Origin: the human T2T-CHM13v2.0 reference genome, Homo sapiens
DNA: 64,000 nucleotides
Assembly: GCF_009914755.1 (NCBI RefSeq)
Contig: NC_060933.1
Direction: 5' to 3' (one strand)
In this document: piece after piece, positions 40,912 to 57,150 of the stretch
Layout of the letters: each line of letters begins with the position of its first letter
Numbering within the stretch: the first letter of the stretch is position 1
Program-made: the position numbers and the translations under genes
The notes under the pieces: model-generated
Databases searched by the model: none
What the model was told of the DNA's origin: nothing
What the model saw: the letters and a program-made list of their open reading frames with translations, nothing else

Positions 40912-43900
40912 CCTGAGCGGTCTCTTTTCTAGGATCAAGATGAACACACTGCAGACGAGGACACGAGCCCCACAGGAGCTCTTTGTCCCGCCGGAGACCA
41001 GCGGACCCACGTCAGAGAAGATGCTTGTATCTTTTCACGGCTCTTCTCTGAGAAATGAAGCCACACCACAATACGGTCTGGAAGAGGAAGCCGGGAATGG
41101 GAGATGGCAACAGTCCCTGTCACTGGAATGCTGGCCTCTCTGGACAAGCCACCCTTTTGGAACCCCATCCCTTATGACCCTGGCAGTGGAACGGTGATAT
41201 ATCCCGCCTGGCCGCCGGCGTCTGCCCTGTCCTCCCTCCTGCTCTGCCTCACCTGTTTCTCAAGTGACTCAATGCCTCTCGCTGACGCCCAATGTCTTCA
41301 ACAAAGATGACTTCCCAGTCCGTCAGGGAGACATTTCTTCGAGATCCGTGTCGTGATTGTTTCTCTCTCCAAACGTGTTTCTGCTTGATTGGGCAGGTCG
41401 CATGACCTGGGAGCTCCTGGCTTCCATTCGTGTCTCAGACAGGGAAGCTTCCTTCTTCTCCACGTTTCCCCTCATGGTGGGTGGATTGCCTAGAATGAGC
41501 GCTAGGCGACCGTGACTGGCCTTGTCTTCCAGGAAAGGTAGTGTCGCATTTCCTCTGCACTTCCTGTCTCATTCATGAGGGACATCCTCTCCTCTGCTCC
41601 TGGGTGGACTGACTCCCTTGATCTTCTGGCTGAAACGAATGTAAGGGAACCAAAGGGACTGGGCTGGGGCTGGGGCTGTGGCTGGGCGCAGCCTAAGTTG
41701 CGTCAGGGCTACCAGGGCGGTGGAGGGTTGGGGGTGGGGCGAATTTTGCAGAAACCTCTTTGCTCCTCTGGTAGGCATGTGAAAACGTGGCTTGGGTCAG
41801 GCACAGGACCCCCACCCCCCGGGTCCTAGGTGTTCTTCGATTTTCCCTGGCATTGATGGAAAGGTCAACTGTTTCCCCATTCAACCGGCACATGCCTGGA
41901 CACCACCCTTTGTTTCGCCGTCGCCCCGTATGCCTCCGGTGACACACATTAACACCAACTGCTGTGGGATAGGCCAGTGCCACGCGTGGTCACATGGTCT
42001 CCACCTCGGATTCGCCCCTGTTCCTCTATGCAGGTGTCCTGTAAAGCGCGGTGGGCTTTCCGGAACCCCAGGGCTTTTAGAAGCGGGGCAGGCCACTGCT
42101 CTTTCAAAGGAGGAGGGAGGCAGAGGGCTGATGGATAAGTGAATTTGCAGCTGACACTAGGCCTTGAGACCTATGGGATCATTCTGCACTGCAGCGAGGC
42201 CCTGCCTGCCTCACCAGATGTGGTGAGCCCATCCTATTTCACTCGAAGGGGGCCAAAATTGGATCTGAACAGGAGGACGGAGAACACAGCAGGCGTCCTG
42301 AAGCTCCCCCTCCCTCAGTGGAAGTCGGCTCAAGCAGGTCCTGAGGTGAGGACTCCTCGGGGTTTGGCCCTGGGACAGGAGAAGACACCCACGGCCCCCT
42401 CTCCCACGCCGCCCCAAACTGGACCCCGGATCTAGCCGCCGCCGCGGGGCTAGCAGGAGCCTCGCTGCTGCCGCGCTCAGATGTGGCAGTATTTAAAGGG
42501 GACCCAGCCTGACAGCCAGGAGCGGAGCGCGAGTCGGCTCAGCCAATGCACATGCGCGAGGCGGGAGCGGCTTCTCCAGTCACAGTGGTTCCCACGGTTG
42601 TCTTAGAAACCAGTCACCGAGGCTTGGCGAAGAAGGAGCCCTCCGTGGCAGTACTTGGGTTTCGGGGCTCTGAGGCTCCGGCCTAACCTCTTCTTGGGGT
42701 CAACGGGAATGTCCCCAGATGCCAGGAGTCGCAAAAGGCCGACTACCATGAGGAAAGCCCAGCGGAGACAGGGGAAGCAGCACAGGATCCCAGCCTCAGG
42801 CCTGACCGGACGGTGTTGGTTGGGGTGAGTCTCCCCAAAAGTCATGCCTCCGTCAGTGATCTCTAGGACAGGTCAGCCTGCATGCCCCTGGGCTGCTCTC
42901 TCACCCGAGGGTCCTTCTCGTAGAGAGCAGAACATCACAGCCTCAGGGATTGCTTGGGGGTGTGTTTTTCAATGCCCTCCTCCTTAGAAAGAGCAGTGGC
43001 CTGCCCTGCTTCTAAAAGCCCTGGGGCTCCGGAAAGCCGACAGTGCTTTACAGGACACCTGCAAAGAGGAACAGGGGCAAATCCGAGGCGGAGACCATAT
43101 GACTACGCGTGGCACTGGCCTATCCCACAGCAGTTGGTGTTAATGCGTGTCACTGGAGGCATACGGGGAGACGGCGAAACAAAGGGTGGTGTCCAGGAAC
43201 ATGCCGGTGGAAGGGGGAAACGGGTGACCTTTCCATCAATACCAAGGAAAATCGAAAAACACGTGGGACACGCGGGGTGTTGGGGGGGGGGGGCGGCTGT
43301 GCCGGACCCAAGCCACGTTTTCAAATGCCTACCAGAGGAGCATAGAGGTTTCTGCAAAATTCGCCCCACCCCAAACCGTCCAAGGCCCTGGCAGCCCTGA
43401 CACAACTTTGGCTGCACCGAGCCCCAGGACCAGCCCCCAACCCTAGACCAGTCCCTTGGGTTCCCTGACATTCTTTTCTGCCAGATGATCAAGGGCTTCA
43501 GTTCACCCAGGAGCAGAGGAGAGGATGTCCCTCAAGAATGAGACAGGAAGTGCAGAGGAAATGCGACACCACCTGTCCTGGAAGTCAAGGCCAGTCACGT
43601 TCGCCTAGCGCTCATTCTAGGCAATCCAACCACCCATGAGGGGAAACGTGGAGAAGAAGGAAGCTTCCCTGCCTGAGACACCTAAGGAAGCCAAGAGTTC
43701 CCGGGTCATGAGACCAGCCCAATCAAGCAGAAACAGGTTTGGAGAGAGAAACAATCACGACACGGATCTCGAAGAAATGTCTCCCTGACGGACTGGGAAG
43801 CCATCTTTGTTGAAGGCATTTGGCCAGAGCTAGAGGCATCCAGGCCCCTGAGAAACAAGGGAGGCAGAGCAAGACGGAGGACAGAGCAGAGGCCGGAGCC

Positions 43901-45823
43901 CAGGCAGGATACAGCACCGTGCCACCGCCAAGGGCATAAGGGGTGGGGTTCCAAAAGGGTGGCTTGTCCAGGGAGGCCAGCGTTCCAGGGACAGGGATTG
44001 TTGCCATCTCTCATTCCCGGCTTCCTCTTGCTGACTGTATCGTGGTGTGGCTTCATTTCTCAGAGAAGAGCCGTGAAAAGACTCAAGCATCTTCTCTGAC
44101 GTGGGTCCGCTGCTCTCCTGTAGGACAAAGAGCTCCTGTGGGATTCTTCTCCTCGTCTGCAGTGTGTTCGTTTTGATGCTAGAAAAGAGGCCGCTCAGGA
44201 TGGGGATGAGACTTCAATTGCTCCGACGCATCTCCTCACGTGGGCCAGGCCTTCACAGAGCCAAAGCGGATCCACAGCAGCAAAAACGATTGACAACCGG
44301 CCTCATGACCCAGGCAGAGAGCAGAAAGAGGCTCAACAAAGACAGGCCGCCATGCGAAAAACCGCTTTGTGGCACACAGGGCACCTCCAGCCAAAAACAC
44401 ACACGCACACGGGCATGCACACACAAACCCACAGAGAGAGGGAAAGAAGCACACAGAGACTGAGAGAGGGAGAGAGAAGAGAGAATGGGAGACACACACA
44501 TACACACACACACAGAGTCATACAGCAGAGGAATTGAAACACACACCACCAGGCAATCCCTGAGGCTGCGGAGTACTCCTCACGACAAGAACGACCCTCG
44601 GGTGAGAGAGCAGCCCAGGGTCACGCAGGCCGACCTGTCCTCGAGATCTCGGATGGCGGCACGACTTTTGGGGAGACCCACCCAACCAACACCATCCGGG
44701 CAGGCCTGAGGCTGGGATCCTGTGCTGCTTCCGCCGTACCCCCCTGGGGCTTCCTCATCCTGGTCGGCCCTTTGTGACTCCTGGAATCCGGAGACGTTCA
44801 CGTCGACCCCGTGGAGAGGTCAGGCCGGAGCCTCACAGCCCCGACACCCAAGCACTGCCACGGAGGGCTCCTGCTTTGCCAAGCCTCCGGGACTGGTTTC
44901 TAAGACAACCGAAGGAACCACTGTGAAGGGAGAAGCCACTAGAGCCTCGCGCATGCGCATTGGCTGGGACGACTCGCGCTCAGCTCCTGGCAGTCAGGCT
45001 ACGTCCCCTTTAAATATCGCCACCGTCGCCTGGCGGCCGCGATGCTCCTGCTGCCGCCATGGCGGCAGCTGGATCCTGGGTCCTGTTTGGGGTGGCGTGG
45101 GAGAGGGGGCCGCAGGAGTCTCGTCCTTTCCCAGGCCCAAACCCCCAGGGGTCCTGTCCTCAGGACCTGCTTGAGCCCACTTCCACCGATGGAGGGGGAG
45201 CTTCAGGACTCCTGCTGTGTTCTCCGGACTCCCGTTGAGATCCGATTTTGGCCCCCTCCGAGTGAGATAGGATGGGCTCACAAAAACTGGTGAGGCCGGC
45301 AGGGCCTCGCTGCAGCACAGAATGATCTCATAATTCTCAAGGCCTAGAGTCAGCTGAAAATTCACTGATCCATCAGCCCTCTGCCTCCCTCCTCCTTTGA
45401 AAGAGCAGTGGCCTGCCCCACTTCTAAAGGCCCTGGGGTTCCAGAAAGCCGACCACGCTTTACACCACACCTGCAAAGAGGAAAACAGGCGAATCCGAGG
45501 TGGAGACCATGTGACCACGCGTGGCACTGGCCAATCCCACAGCAGTTGGTGTGAATGTGTCTCACCGGAGGCATACGGGGCGACGGCGAAACAAAGGGTG
45601 GGGTCCAGGCATGTGCCAGTGGAAGGGGGAAACGGGTGACCTTTCCATCAATGCCAAGGAAAATCAAAGAACACCTGGGACCCGGGGGTGGGGGGGCCGC
45701 CTGTGCCTGACCCAAGCCACGTTTTCAAATGTCTACCGGAGGAGCAAAGAGGTTTCTGCAAAATTCGCAACACCCCCAATCCTCCACCGACCTGGTAGCC
45801 CTGACGCAACTTCGGCTGGCTCA

Positions 45824-46300
<477 letters not shown>

Positions 46301-47842
46301 CTAAGACAACCGTGGGAACCACTGTGTTGGGAGAAACCGCTCGCGCCTCGCGCATGCGCATTGGCTGAGCCGACTCGCGCTCCGCTCCTGACAGATAGGC
46401 TGCGTCCCCTTTAAATATCGCTGCCGCCGCGGCGGCGGCTGGATCCTGGGTCCTGTTTGGGGCGGCGTGGGAGAGGGGGCCTCGGGTGTCTCGTCCTGTC
46501 CCAGGCCCAAACCCCCAGGGGTCCTGTCCTCAGGATCTGCTAGAGCCGACTTCCACCGAGGGAGGGGGAGCTTCAGGACGCCTGCTGTGTTCTCCGGACT
46601 CCCGTTGAGATCCGATTCTGGCCCCCTCCCAGTGAGATAGGATGGGCTCACCACATCTGGAGAGGCCGGCAGGGCCTCGCTGCAGCACACAATGATCCCA
46701 TAGGTCTCAAGGCCTAGCGTCAGCTGCAAATTCACTGATCCATCAGCCCTCTGCCTCCCACCTCCTTTGAAATATCAGTGGCTTGCCCCGCTTCTAAAAG
46801 CCCAGGGGCTCCGGAAAGCCGACCGCGCTTTACAGGACACGTGCCACCAGGAACAGGGGCGAATCCGAGGTGGAGACCGTGTGACCACGCGTGGCACTGG
46901 CCTACCCCACAGCAGATGGTGTGGATGTGTGTCGCCGGAGGCATACGGGGCGACGGCGAAACAAAGGGTGGTGTCCAGGCATGTGCTGGTGGAAGGGGGA
47001 AACGAGTGACCTTTCCATCAATGCCAAGGAAAGTCGAAGAACACCTGGGGCTCGGGGGGTGCGGGTCGAGATGGGGGGCTGTGCCTGACCCAAGCCACGT
47101 TTTCACATGCCTACCAGAGGAGCAAAGAGGTTTTGGCAAAAATCGCCCCACCCCCAAGCCTCCATCGCCCTGGTAGCCCTGACGCAACTTCGGCTGCACC
47201 CAGCCCCAGCCCCATCCCCAGCCCCAGCCCCAGCCCAGTCCCTTTGGTTTCCTGACATTTGTTTCGTCCAGAAGATCAAGGGAGTCAGGCCACCCAGGAG
47301 CAGAGGAGAGGATGTCCCTCAAGAATGAGACAGGAAGTGCAGAGGAAATGGGACACCACCTGTCCTGGAAGTCAAGGCCAGTCACGGTCGCCTAGCGCTC
47401 ATTCTAGGCAATCCACCCACCCATGAGGGGAAACGTGGGGAAGAAGGAAGCTTCCCTGCCTGAGACACGTATGGAAGCCAAGAGCTCCCGGCTCATGATA
47501 CCTGCCCAATTAAGCAGAAACACGTTTGGAGAGAGAAACGATCATGACACGGATCTCCAGGAAGTGTCTCCCTGACGGACTGGGAAGTCATCTTTTTTGA
47601 AGGCATTTAGCCAGAGCGAGAGGCATCCAGGCCCCTGAGAAACAGGGGAGGCAGAGCCAGAGGGAGGAGAGAGTAGAGGCCAGAGCCCAGGCAGGATACA
47701 GCACCGTGCCACTGCCACAGGCATAAGGGGTGGGGTTCCTAAAGGGTGGCTTGTCCAGGGAGGCCAGCGTTCCAGTGACAGGGACTGTTGCCATCTCCCA
47801 TTCCCGGCTTCCTCTTGCTGACTGTATCGTGGTGTGGCTTCA

Positions 47843-47965
<123 letters not shown>

Positions 47966-48416
47966 CTAGAAAAGAGGCCACTCAGGATGGGGATGAGATT
48001 TCAGTTGCTCCGGGAGCGACACATCTCCTCACGTGGGCCAGGCTTTCAGGCACCCAAAGCGGATCCGCCGCGGCGAAAACGATTGACAGCCGGCCTCATG
48101 ACCCAGGTGGAGACGCAGAAAGAGGCTCACCAAAGACAGGCCGCCATGCGACAAACCGCTTTGTGGCGCACAGGGCACATTCGGCCAAAGACACACACGC
48201 ACACGGGCATACACACACAAACCCACAGAGAGAGGGAAAGAAACACACAGAGACTGAGAGACAGAGAGAGAAGAGAGACTGGGAGACACACACAGACACA
48301 CACACACACACTCACACACACACACACACACAGAGAGACACACACACAGCGTCATACAGCAGAGGCATTGAAACACACACCACCAGGCAACCCCTGAGGC
48401 TGCGGGGTTCTGCTCA

Positions 48417-48734
<318 letters not shown>

Positions 48735-48783
48735 CTAAGACAACCATGGGAACCACTGTGACGGGAGAAACCGCTCCCGCCTC

Positions 48784-48851
48784 GCGCATGCGCATTGGCT
48801 GAGCCGACTCGCGCTCCGCTCCTGGCAGTATGGCTGCGTCCCCTTTAAATA
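48784..48851 (+). promoter_or_regulatory. NRF1 + CCAAT + TATA-like module of the repeat monomer
   Basis: GCGCATGCGCA 48784-48794 overlapping ATTGG, with TTTAAATA at 48844. Other copies at 44949 and 46350 (+) and at 40138 and 42548 (-). Confidence 0.55.
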
Positions 48852-50899
48852 CCGCCACCGCCGCGCGGCGGCAGCGAGGTTCCTCCTGCCGCCACGGCGG
48901 CGGCTGGATCCGGGGTCCAGTTTGGGGCGGCGTGGGAGAGGGGGCCGCGGGTGTCTTGTCCTGTCCCAGGGCCAAACCCCTAGGAGTCCTGTCCTCAGGA
49001 CCTCCTTGAGCCGACTTCCACGGAGGGAGGTGGAGCTTCAGGATGCCTGCTGTGTTCTCCAGACTCCCGTTCAGATCCGATTTTGGACCCCTCCGAGTGA
49101 GATAGGATAGGCTCACCACATCTGGTGAGGCAGGCAGGGCCTTGCTGCAACACAGAATGATCCCGTAGGTCTCAAGGCCTACTTGTACTGTTGTACATAA
49201 TGTATATAATTGACTTTTATTCACTCGACAAAATTTCCTAAAAATACATCCAAATGATTGCATTAATTAATATTTTGTTCCTTGGATGACTGAGTAGTAT
49301 TTCATGGTTTCTGGTATAAATTCACCACAAATTAAACATTCACCTGGGCTTATTGACCTTTTCAACTGTAACAAATTAAGCTGTTGTAGACATTCGTGAA
49401 CAAGTTTTTGTGGGACCACAGTTTCATCACTCCAAATTAAACACCCACAACTGCAATTGCTGGGATCTATGGTCTATGCATATCTGGTTTTTATTTTACT
49501 TTAAAAAATTTTTAATTATTTTCTTAAAATTTTATGGGTACACTGAGTGCCCACAGAAGCTAGTAAGGATACTGGGGCATTGGAGAGGAGGTAGAGAAGG
49601 TTAATCAGCACACACAGAAAAAAAATGTGGAAAGAATGAATAACATATCTGTCTTTTTAAAAAACTGTCAGCTATTTTTCAGAGTGGCTCTATTATTTTA
49701 CTTTTCCACTAGCAACTTATGAGTGATTGTATTTTTTACATCCTGAATAGCTTTTGCTATTGTCACAATTTTTAAAAGTCATTTTGATAGGTGTGTAGAA
49801 ATATCTCACTATGGTTTTATTTGACATGTCCATGATGATTAATAATATTGAACATGTTTCATGGATTATTTGACATCTGAATATTTTTCTTGTTAAAACG
49901 TCCATTGATGTCTTTTGTCCATTACCTAATTGGATCATTTGCATTTTTAAAAAAATTTGCTGTTGTGTTTTGTGTCATCTCTATTTATTTTTGTCGGTTT
50001 TGATAGATGTTTATCAATTGATTGATTTTTTCAATAAACCAGCTTTTTGTTTCACATTTTTTTCTGTTTTCAATTTCATGAATTTTTGTTATTGTGATGA
50101 TTATTTTTCTTCTTCTGCCTGCTTTCAGTTTACTCTGTTCTTTTTCTAGTTTCTTGAGATACAAGTGTAAGTTATTGATTTGAGATCTTTTCTTATTTTT
50201 AATGAAGCATTTAGTACTATAAATTTCTTTCACACCACAGCCTTAGCTGTATTTCCTATATTTTGATATGTTGTATTTTCTTTCATTTGTTGAAATATAT
50301 TTTTAGATTTTTATTTAAGACTTTATATTTAATCCATAGATCATTTGGAACTGTGTTGCATAATTGAAATGCATTTAAACATTTTCCTGCTCTCTTTCTG
50401 TTACTGACTTTTATTTTAATTCCACTATGGTCAGAGAACATACTCTATATGACATAAATTCTTTTAAATGTATCAGGGTTTGTTTTATGGTGCAAGAAAT
50501 CATCTAGTATTTTAGTTAATATTTCATGAGCTCCTGAAAAACTGTATATTCTGCTGTTTTTTGTGGACTGATTCTATATTTAGAGAGAGATATATATATA
50601 ATTGACATATATTTATCTGTATATGTGTGTTTGTGTGTGTGTGTGTGTGAGTTTGTGTGTGTGAATAAAATCTTGTCGGTTGATTGTGCTGTACAGATCT
50701 TCTACATGCTTGCTGATTGTGAAATTTTTGTCCAATAATTCTATCAATTGCTGAGATAAGGCTGTTAAAACCCACAACTATAATTTATTATTTTTTAGTT
50801 CTATAATTTTTCTCTTCATGTTGTTTAAGACTTTGTTATTTGGTGCATATATATTTGGAATTGTTATGTTTACTGGTGAATTGATCCATTTATTATTAG

Positions 50900-51495
50900 T
50901 GTTGCAGTCTCCTCACTCCTTAATTTAGTGAGGTCCAAGATCTTGTCCCACAACCAAGAGAATAAGGCACACAAATACCAGAGAGTGAGTAAGGCAAATT
51001 AACATTCATTAAGCAACAGAAAAGCTCTCAGCAGCAAGAGTGGACCCAAACAAGGGTTGCCAGAAATGGGGCTGAGTTCTGATCCCTTTATGTGACAGAA
51101 ACAAGGAAGTCCTTTGTGGGTCCTGCCTTAATGGAAGGGGTAAAATTCCCTGCTGGGAGTGTTCTGTCTGTGCATACCTAGGTTTGGCAGCAGTGACTCC
51201 ATCTTGATTATTAGTCATAAGTGCCTAAGCAAAATTCATGGGGGCACCAAAACTGCAATGCTAATGATATTACAATTAGCTCTGGGTCAAGTTAAGGACA
51301 TTTAGTTGATTTATTGAAACATAATTGGGACAGTCCCTTCTGAGAGACATCTTGGTATAAGAGGAAGTTGTTAACCACATTTCCACATTCTAGCTACACC
51401 ACAAAGGTAGTGCAGGTGCATTCCCATGGGTGCTGTCTTTCTCCCAAGACCCTTCCTCTCTATCTGCCTAGCCAGCCTCTAACTGTCTCCTCTGT
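50900..51495 (-). mobile_element. Solo ERV1-type LTR (subfamily unassigned)
   Basis: Abrupt GC rise starting TGTTGCAG; L1 resumes afterwards; text resembles antisense MER4-group LTRs. Confidence 0.6.
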
Positions 51496-52553
51496 TGTTA
51501 GTAATGTTCTTTGTAAGATTTTTTGAATCTAACTTCTAGATTATCAGATATTAATATAGCCACTTTTGCCCTTTTATTGATAAATATTTCCATGGTATGT
51601 ATTTTTATATTATTTTACTTTCAACATACTGATACTATTGAATTAAAGTGTATTTCTTACTATAGCAATAGTTAAGGTTGCATTTTTTAATTTATTCAGC
51701 TAATTTCTCTTTTGATTGGTGTATTTATGTCACTTATATTTAATGTAATTATTAATGTACTAACACCTAAGCATTTCATTTTATTATTTACTACATATTC
51801 ATTTGTTTTGTTCTCATTTTTCAGTTTTCCTTTTTTTTTGGACTTACTGTGTGCTACTCGAGCTTTCATGTTGCTTTACTTACAATGTTTGAATACATCT
51901 ACAATATACAATCTTTGCTTTGGAAATTTGTATATACTTTTTATGCTACTCTTCATATTTTAATACCTGATTTAATATCCGATTTATAAAACAATATATA
52001 AATACCAATGGTTTTACACTTTTGATTAAAGCAAGGAAGCTCAGCTTATATTTATTTTCCTTTATCTTCTATACTTTTAAGTATCACTTCCTTTAGTATC
52101 AAGTGGAGTTATAATTTTTGTTTCTATCATCAACTATGATTTATAATACTCACTAGGAAAACACATCTATTGGATGTATTCATATTTCTGCTAATTCTAT
52201 TAATACATCTTCCTTCTTTCTTGATGTTCAAAATTCCTTTTTTTTCTTTATTTTGTTTGAATAACAGTTTTAGTAAACATTTAATGCTAAGCTTGCTAAC
52301 AACAAATTTTTAAACAGTTCAAAAAATATAATTTTCCTTTACTCCAGAAGCATAGTTACAACATCTGTAGCATTCAGAGTTGGCAGCTCTTTTCTTTCAC
52401 TACCTGAAAAATATTGTGTAACTTGTTTCTGACCTCCATTGTTTCAGACGAAAAAACGTATTTTCATTTACATTGGTTTTCCTCTATAGGTGATGTTTCA
52501 CCTATAGGTGACTGTTTCTATCTGGCTGCTTTTAAGACTTTGTCTTTAGTTTT

Positions 52554-53510
52554 GTCAACAACCTACATTGGGGAAAGGACACAATCTGCAATACATGCTT
52601 CTGGAAAAATTGGATATCCATATGCAGAAGAATGAAACTAAACTCCTATCACTCACCTTATACAAAAATAAACTCAAAATGGATTAAAAATTTAAATGTA
52701 AGACATGAAAAATTAGACTACCATACACTGTTGGTGGTAAGTTAAATTATTTCACTTATTATGAAAAACTGTATGGTGGTTTCTCAAAACAAAAATAGAG
52801 ACACCATATGATCTAGTGATCCCACTACTAGGTGTTTATCCAAAGGAAAGGAAATCATTACACTTAAGAGGTATCTGCACCTCCATATTTATTGCAGCTG
52901 TCTTCACAATAACCAAGATATGGAATTAAGCTAAATATCCATCAATGGATGGATAGATAAAAAATGTGGTATATACATATACCAAATTTGTATATACATT
53001 CATATATATATATATGAATAATATTCTGCCATAAAAAGAATGAAATTCTGTCATTTGCAGAATCATGGATAAGACTAGCGAACATTATGTTAAGTGGAAT
53101 AAGTCAGACACAGAAAAATTAATACTGTCTGTCCTTACCCATATGCAGGAGCTAAAAAATTTGAGCTCATTAAAGTAAATGGTAGAATTGTGGTTATTAG
53201 ATGTTGGGAAGGATGTGGGAGCAGAGGTTGGTTAATGGACACAAAATTATAGCTATATTGGAGGAATAAGTTCTGTTGTAGTGCTCTATAGCTGGTCACA
53301 TGGAAATAACTATAATTTATGGTATATTTTCAAAAAGCTAGAAGAGAAGATTTTGAATGTTGTCAACACAAAAGTATGATAAATGTTTGAGGTGTTTGAA
53401 ATGCTAATTACCCTGATTTGATCATTACGCATTGTACACCTGTATCAAAATATCACTCTGTTTCCATAAATATGTACAATTATTGCATGCCAACTAACAA
53501 TAAAAGGACA
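52554..53510 (+). mobile_element. L1MA 3' end
   Basis: Sense ORF2 end (GGATATCCATATGCAGAAGAATGAAACT) plus an L1MA-type 3'UTR ending CAACTAACAATAAAA. Confidence 0.85.
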
Positions 53511-54010
53511 AGATAAAGATTCAAAAAATAGGAAGAAATATCATTTTTCTGATACAATTTCTTCTCGGTGTGCCCATGTTGTTTCATGATTGCAAAGCGT
53601 TCTTTTAAGTGCTTTTAAAGTATTGTTTTCATGCTTCTTAAAATTGCTTCCAGAAGTAATGTCAAACTCATTCACCTATAGTTTATGAGATCTATCTTCC
53701 TTTAAAAAACTAGTACACTGCCCATTTCTTGTCTTCTAAAACTTTTACTATTCTCCATAATCCTCAAAGATATCTAGAGCAACTTAAAAATCTCTTTCCT
53801 AAACTTTCTTATTGTTTTGGAATGAGTTCTACTCCAATACTAGGGCCCAGGGCTCATAGTGCCTCTTCGTTCATCTTGAGATTTAATTAAAAGCAATGTT
53901 GAGTCTTCTCTTTTGGATCTAAAGATCTATTTGATGAGAAAGACTGAAGAAAAATAAGGATAAGGGTATTTCCTCCATGTTTTCATGGCACAAAATCTTT
54001 GTTTGCTAAC

Positions 54011-54510
54011 TGTGATAAGCAGAATAATGCCCCCCCCCACCCCCCACAAGACTGTCCCTGTCCTATTCTCCATGTCAGGAAGGATATGCTATGTAATATA
54101 AGAATATATGATGTTACAATGCAAGAAAGTATTAAGGTTGCACATGACATTAAGCTTACTAAACAGCGGAACTTAAAATAAGAGATCATACTTGATTATC
54201 TGGGGGGGGCCAATTTAATCACAAGGATCCTTTAAATGTGGAAGAGTGTGGTAGAAAATATTTAAATATACTACATTGCTAATTGTACTGGAGGAAAGAA
54301 CCAAGAGACAAGGAATGGGGAAAGCGGACAAGAGACAAGAAATGAAGACAGCCCCTAGAAGCTGGAAAAGGCAAGAACATGTATTCTCCTTTAGAGTCCC
54401 CAGAAGGAAAGCGGTGCTGCTGACACCTTGATTTTAGCCTAATGAAAACCATTTAAGATTTCTGACCTTTATAATTTTAAAGTGGTAGATTTATGTTTCT
54501 AAACTACCAA
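54011..54510 (+). mobile_element. MLT1D-like MaLR LTR lacking U5
   Basis: Starts TGTGATAAGCAGAATAATGCCCC and contains GCTGACACCTTGATTTTAGCC; ends near the R/U5 boundary. Confidence 0.75.
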
Positions 54511-55868
54511 ATAAAAATATTTTGTCTTTAGTTTTTAAAAGTTTAATCAAAATATTTCTTGAAATGTGTTTATTCTGTGTAGGGTATCTTAGGCTTCTTG
54601 AATCTATACATTTGTGTCTTCTGCAAATTTGAGGTTTTTTTGAAGCACTATTTCTTCAAGTATTCTTTCAGCCTCATTTTACTTTTTTTCTGGTACACGT
54701 AATAAAAATGTTGGATCTTTTGTTGTTGCCTCACACATACCTACATCTCTGTTCATTTTATGTATCAGTCTATTTTATTTATGTTGTTCAAATTGGTTAA
54801 ATTCTACTATTCTGCCCTCACATTCACTGATTTTACCTTCTCGCATCTCAATGGCACTATTGACTCCATCCAACACATTTTTCATTTCTGTTACAGTGTT
54901 TGTTTGCTTTTATAATTTACATTTGGTTCTTTTTTGTTGTTGTTTTTTTACAAATCAAGTTTGGTTAATATTTTGCGATTTTGTTATATATTTTAAGATA
55001 ATTTCTATTTGATGTTGAAACATTTTTGCTAGATATTTTAAAATCATATTCAGATGATTCCAACATCTGATGCGTTTTGGTGTTGATGTCAGTTAACTGT
55101 CTTTTTTCACTCAAATTGTTATTTTCTTGGTTCTTTGTATGATTGGTGATTTGTAATTATATTCTGGACATTTTGTCTATCATGGCAGACAATTCTGAGC
55201 TCTATTTAAACTGTTCCTTTTGGCAGGCAGTCACACTGTTTAGCTTTAGCATGTACATCCTGGGTGTGGGGCAGGTACACTGTGTACTATTTACTAGCTT
55301 GTCTGAGTTCAGTTAAACAGAACACACTCATATGCAACAAATTACATAAAGCAGATGTATCATTTACAGACAAACAGCAAGAGACAACAGGTACCTATGT
55401 GAGCCGATCCATTACGAGCCAGTAGCCCAAGGCTCAACAAAGTTGCCTGAAGTGGATGGAATGCATGTGAAGTGCCTGAAGTGGATGGAGTGATTGTGCA
55501 TGGCCCACTTGTACCACAGTTGAGGGACCCCACAAGACAGCTTGCCCTAGGTTACACACCTCAGGACCAATGGGAAACTATGGCCTAAAGTTTTGAAGAA
55601 CATTCTCTGTCAAGGGAGAGAGTAACAAGGCCTAGGCTGTTTCAGGCAGTTCTTCCCTGTCTCAGGATATTGCATTCTCAGCATATACTACAGTTGCTCT
55701 TGACAACTGCAAGCAAGAAAGAGGGGATAATTGGGTCAGTCCAAGGACACCTGGAAAGTTGACCTGCAGTCTCCTGCTCCAACCAAGATATTTCCCTTAG
55801 AAAAGCTGGTGTATTTCATATGCCCATTGACCTCTCCAGATCTGGAGGTGGAGGTTTGTCTTGTCAGA

Positions 55869-57150
<1,282 letters not shown>

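Larger units (their letters stand above)
49181..55260 (-). mobile_element. Old L1M (L1MC/ME-like) scaffold with nested insertions
   Basis: T-rich antisense L1; minus-strand ORF2-like peptide at 49985-50233 (SQINNLHLYLKKLEKEQ..KSWFIEKIN). Confidence 0.8.
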
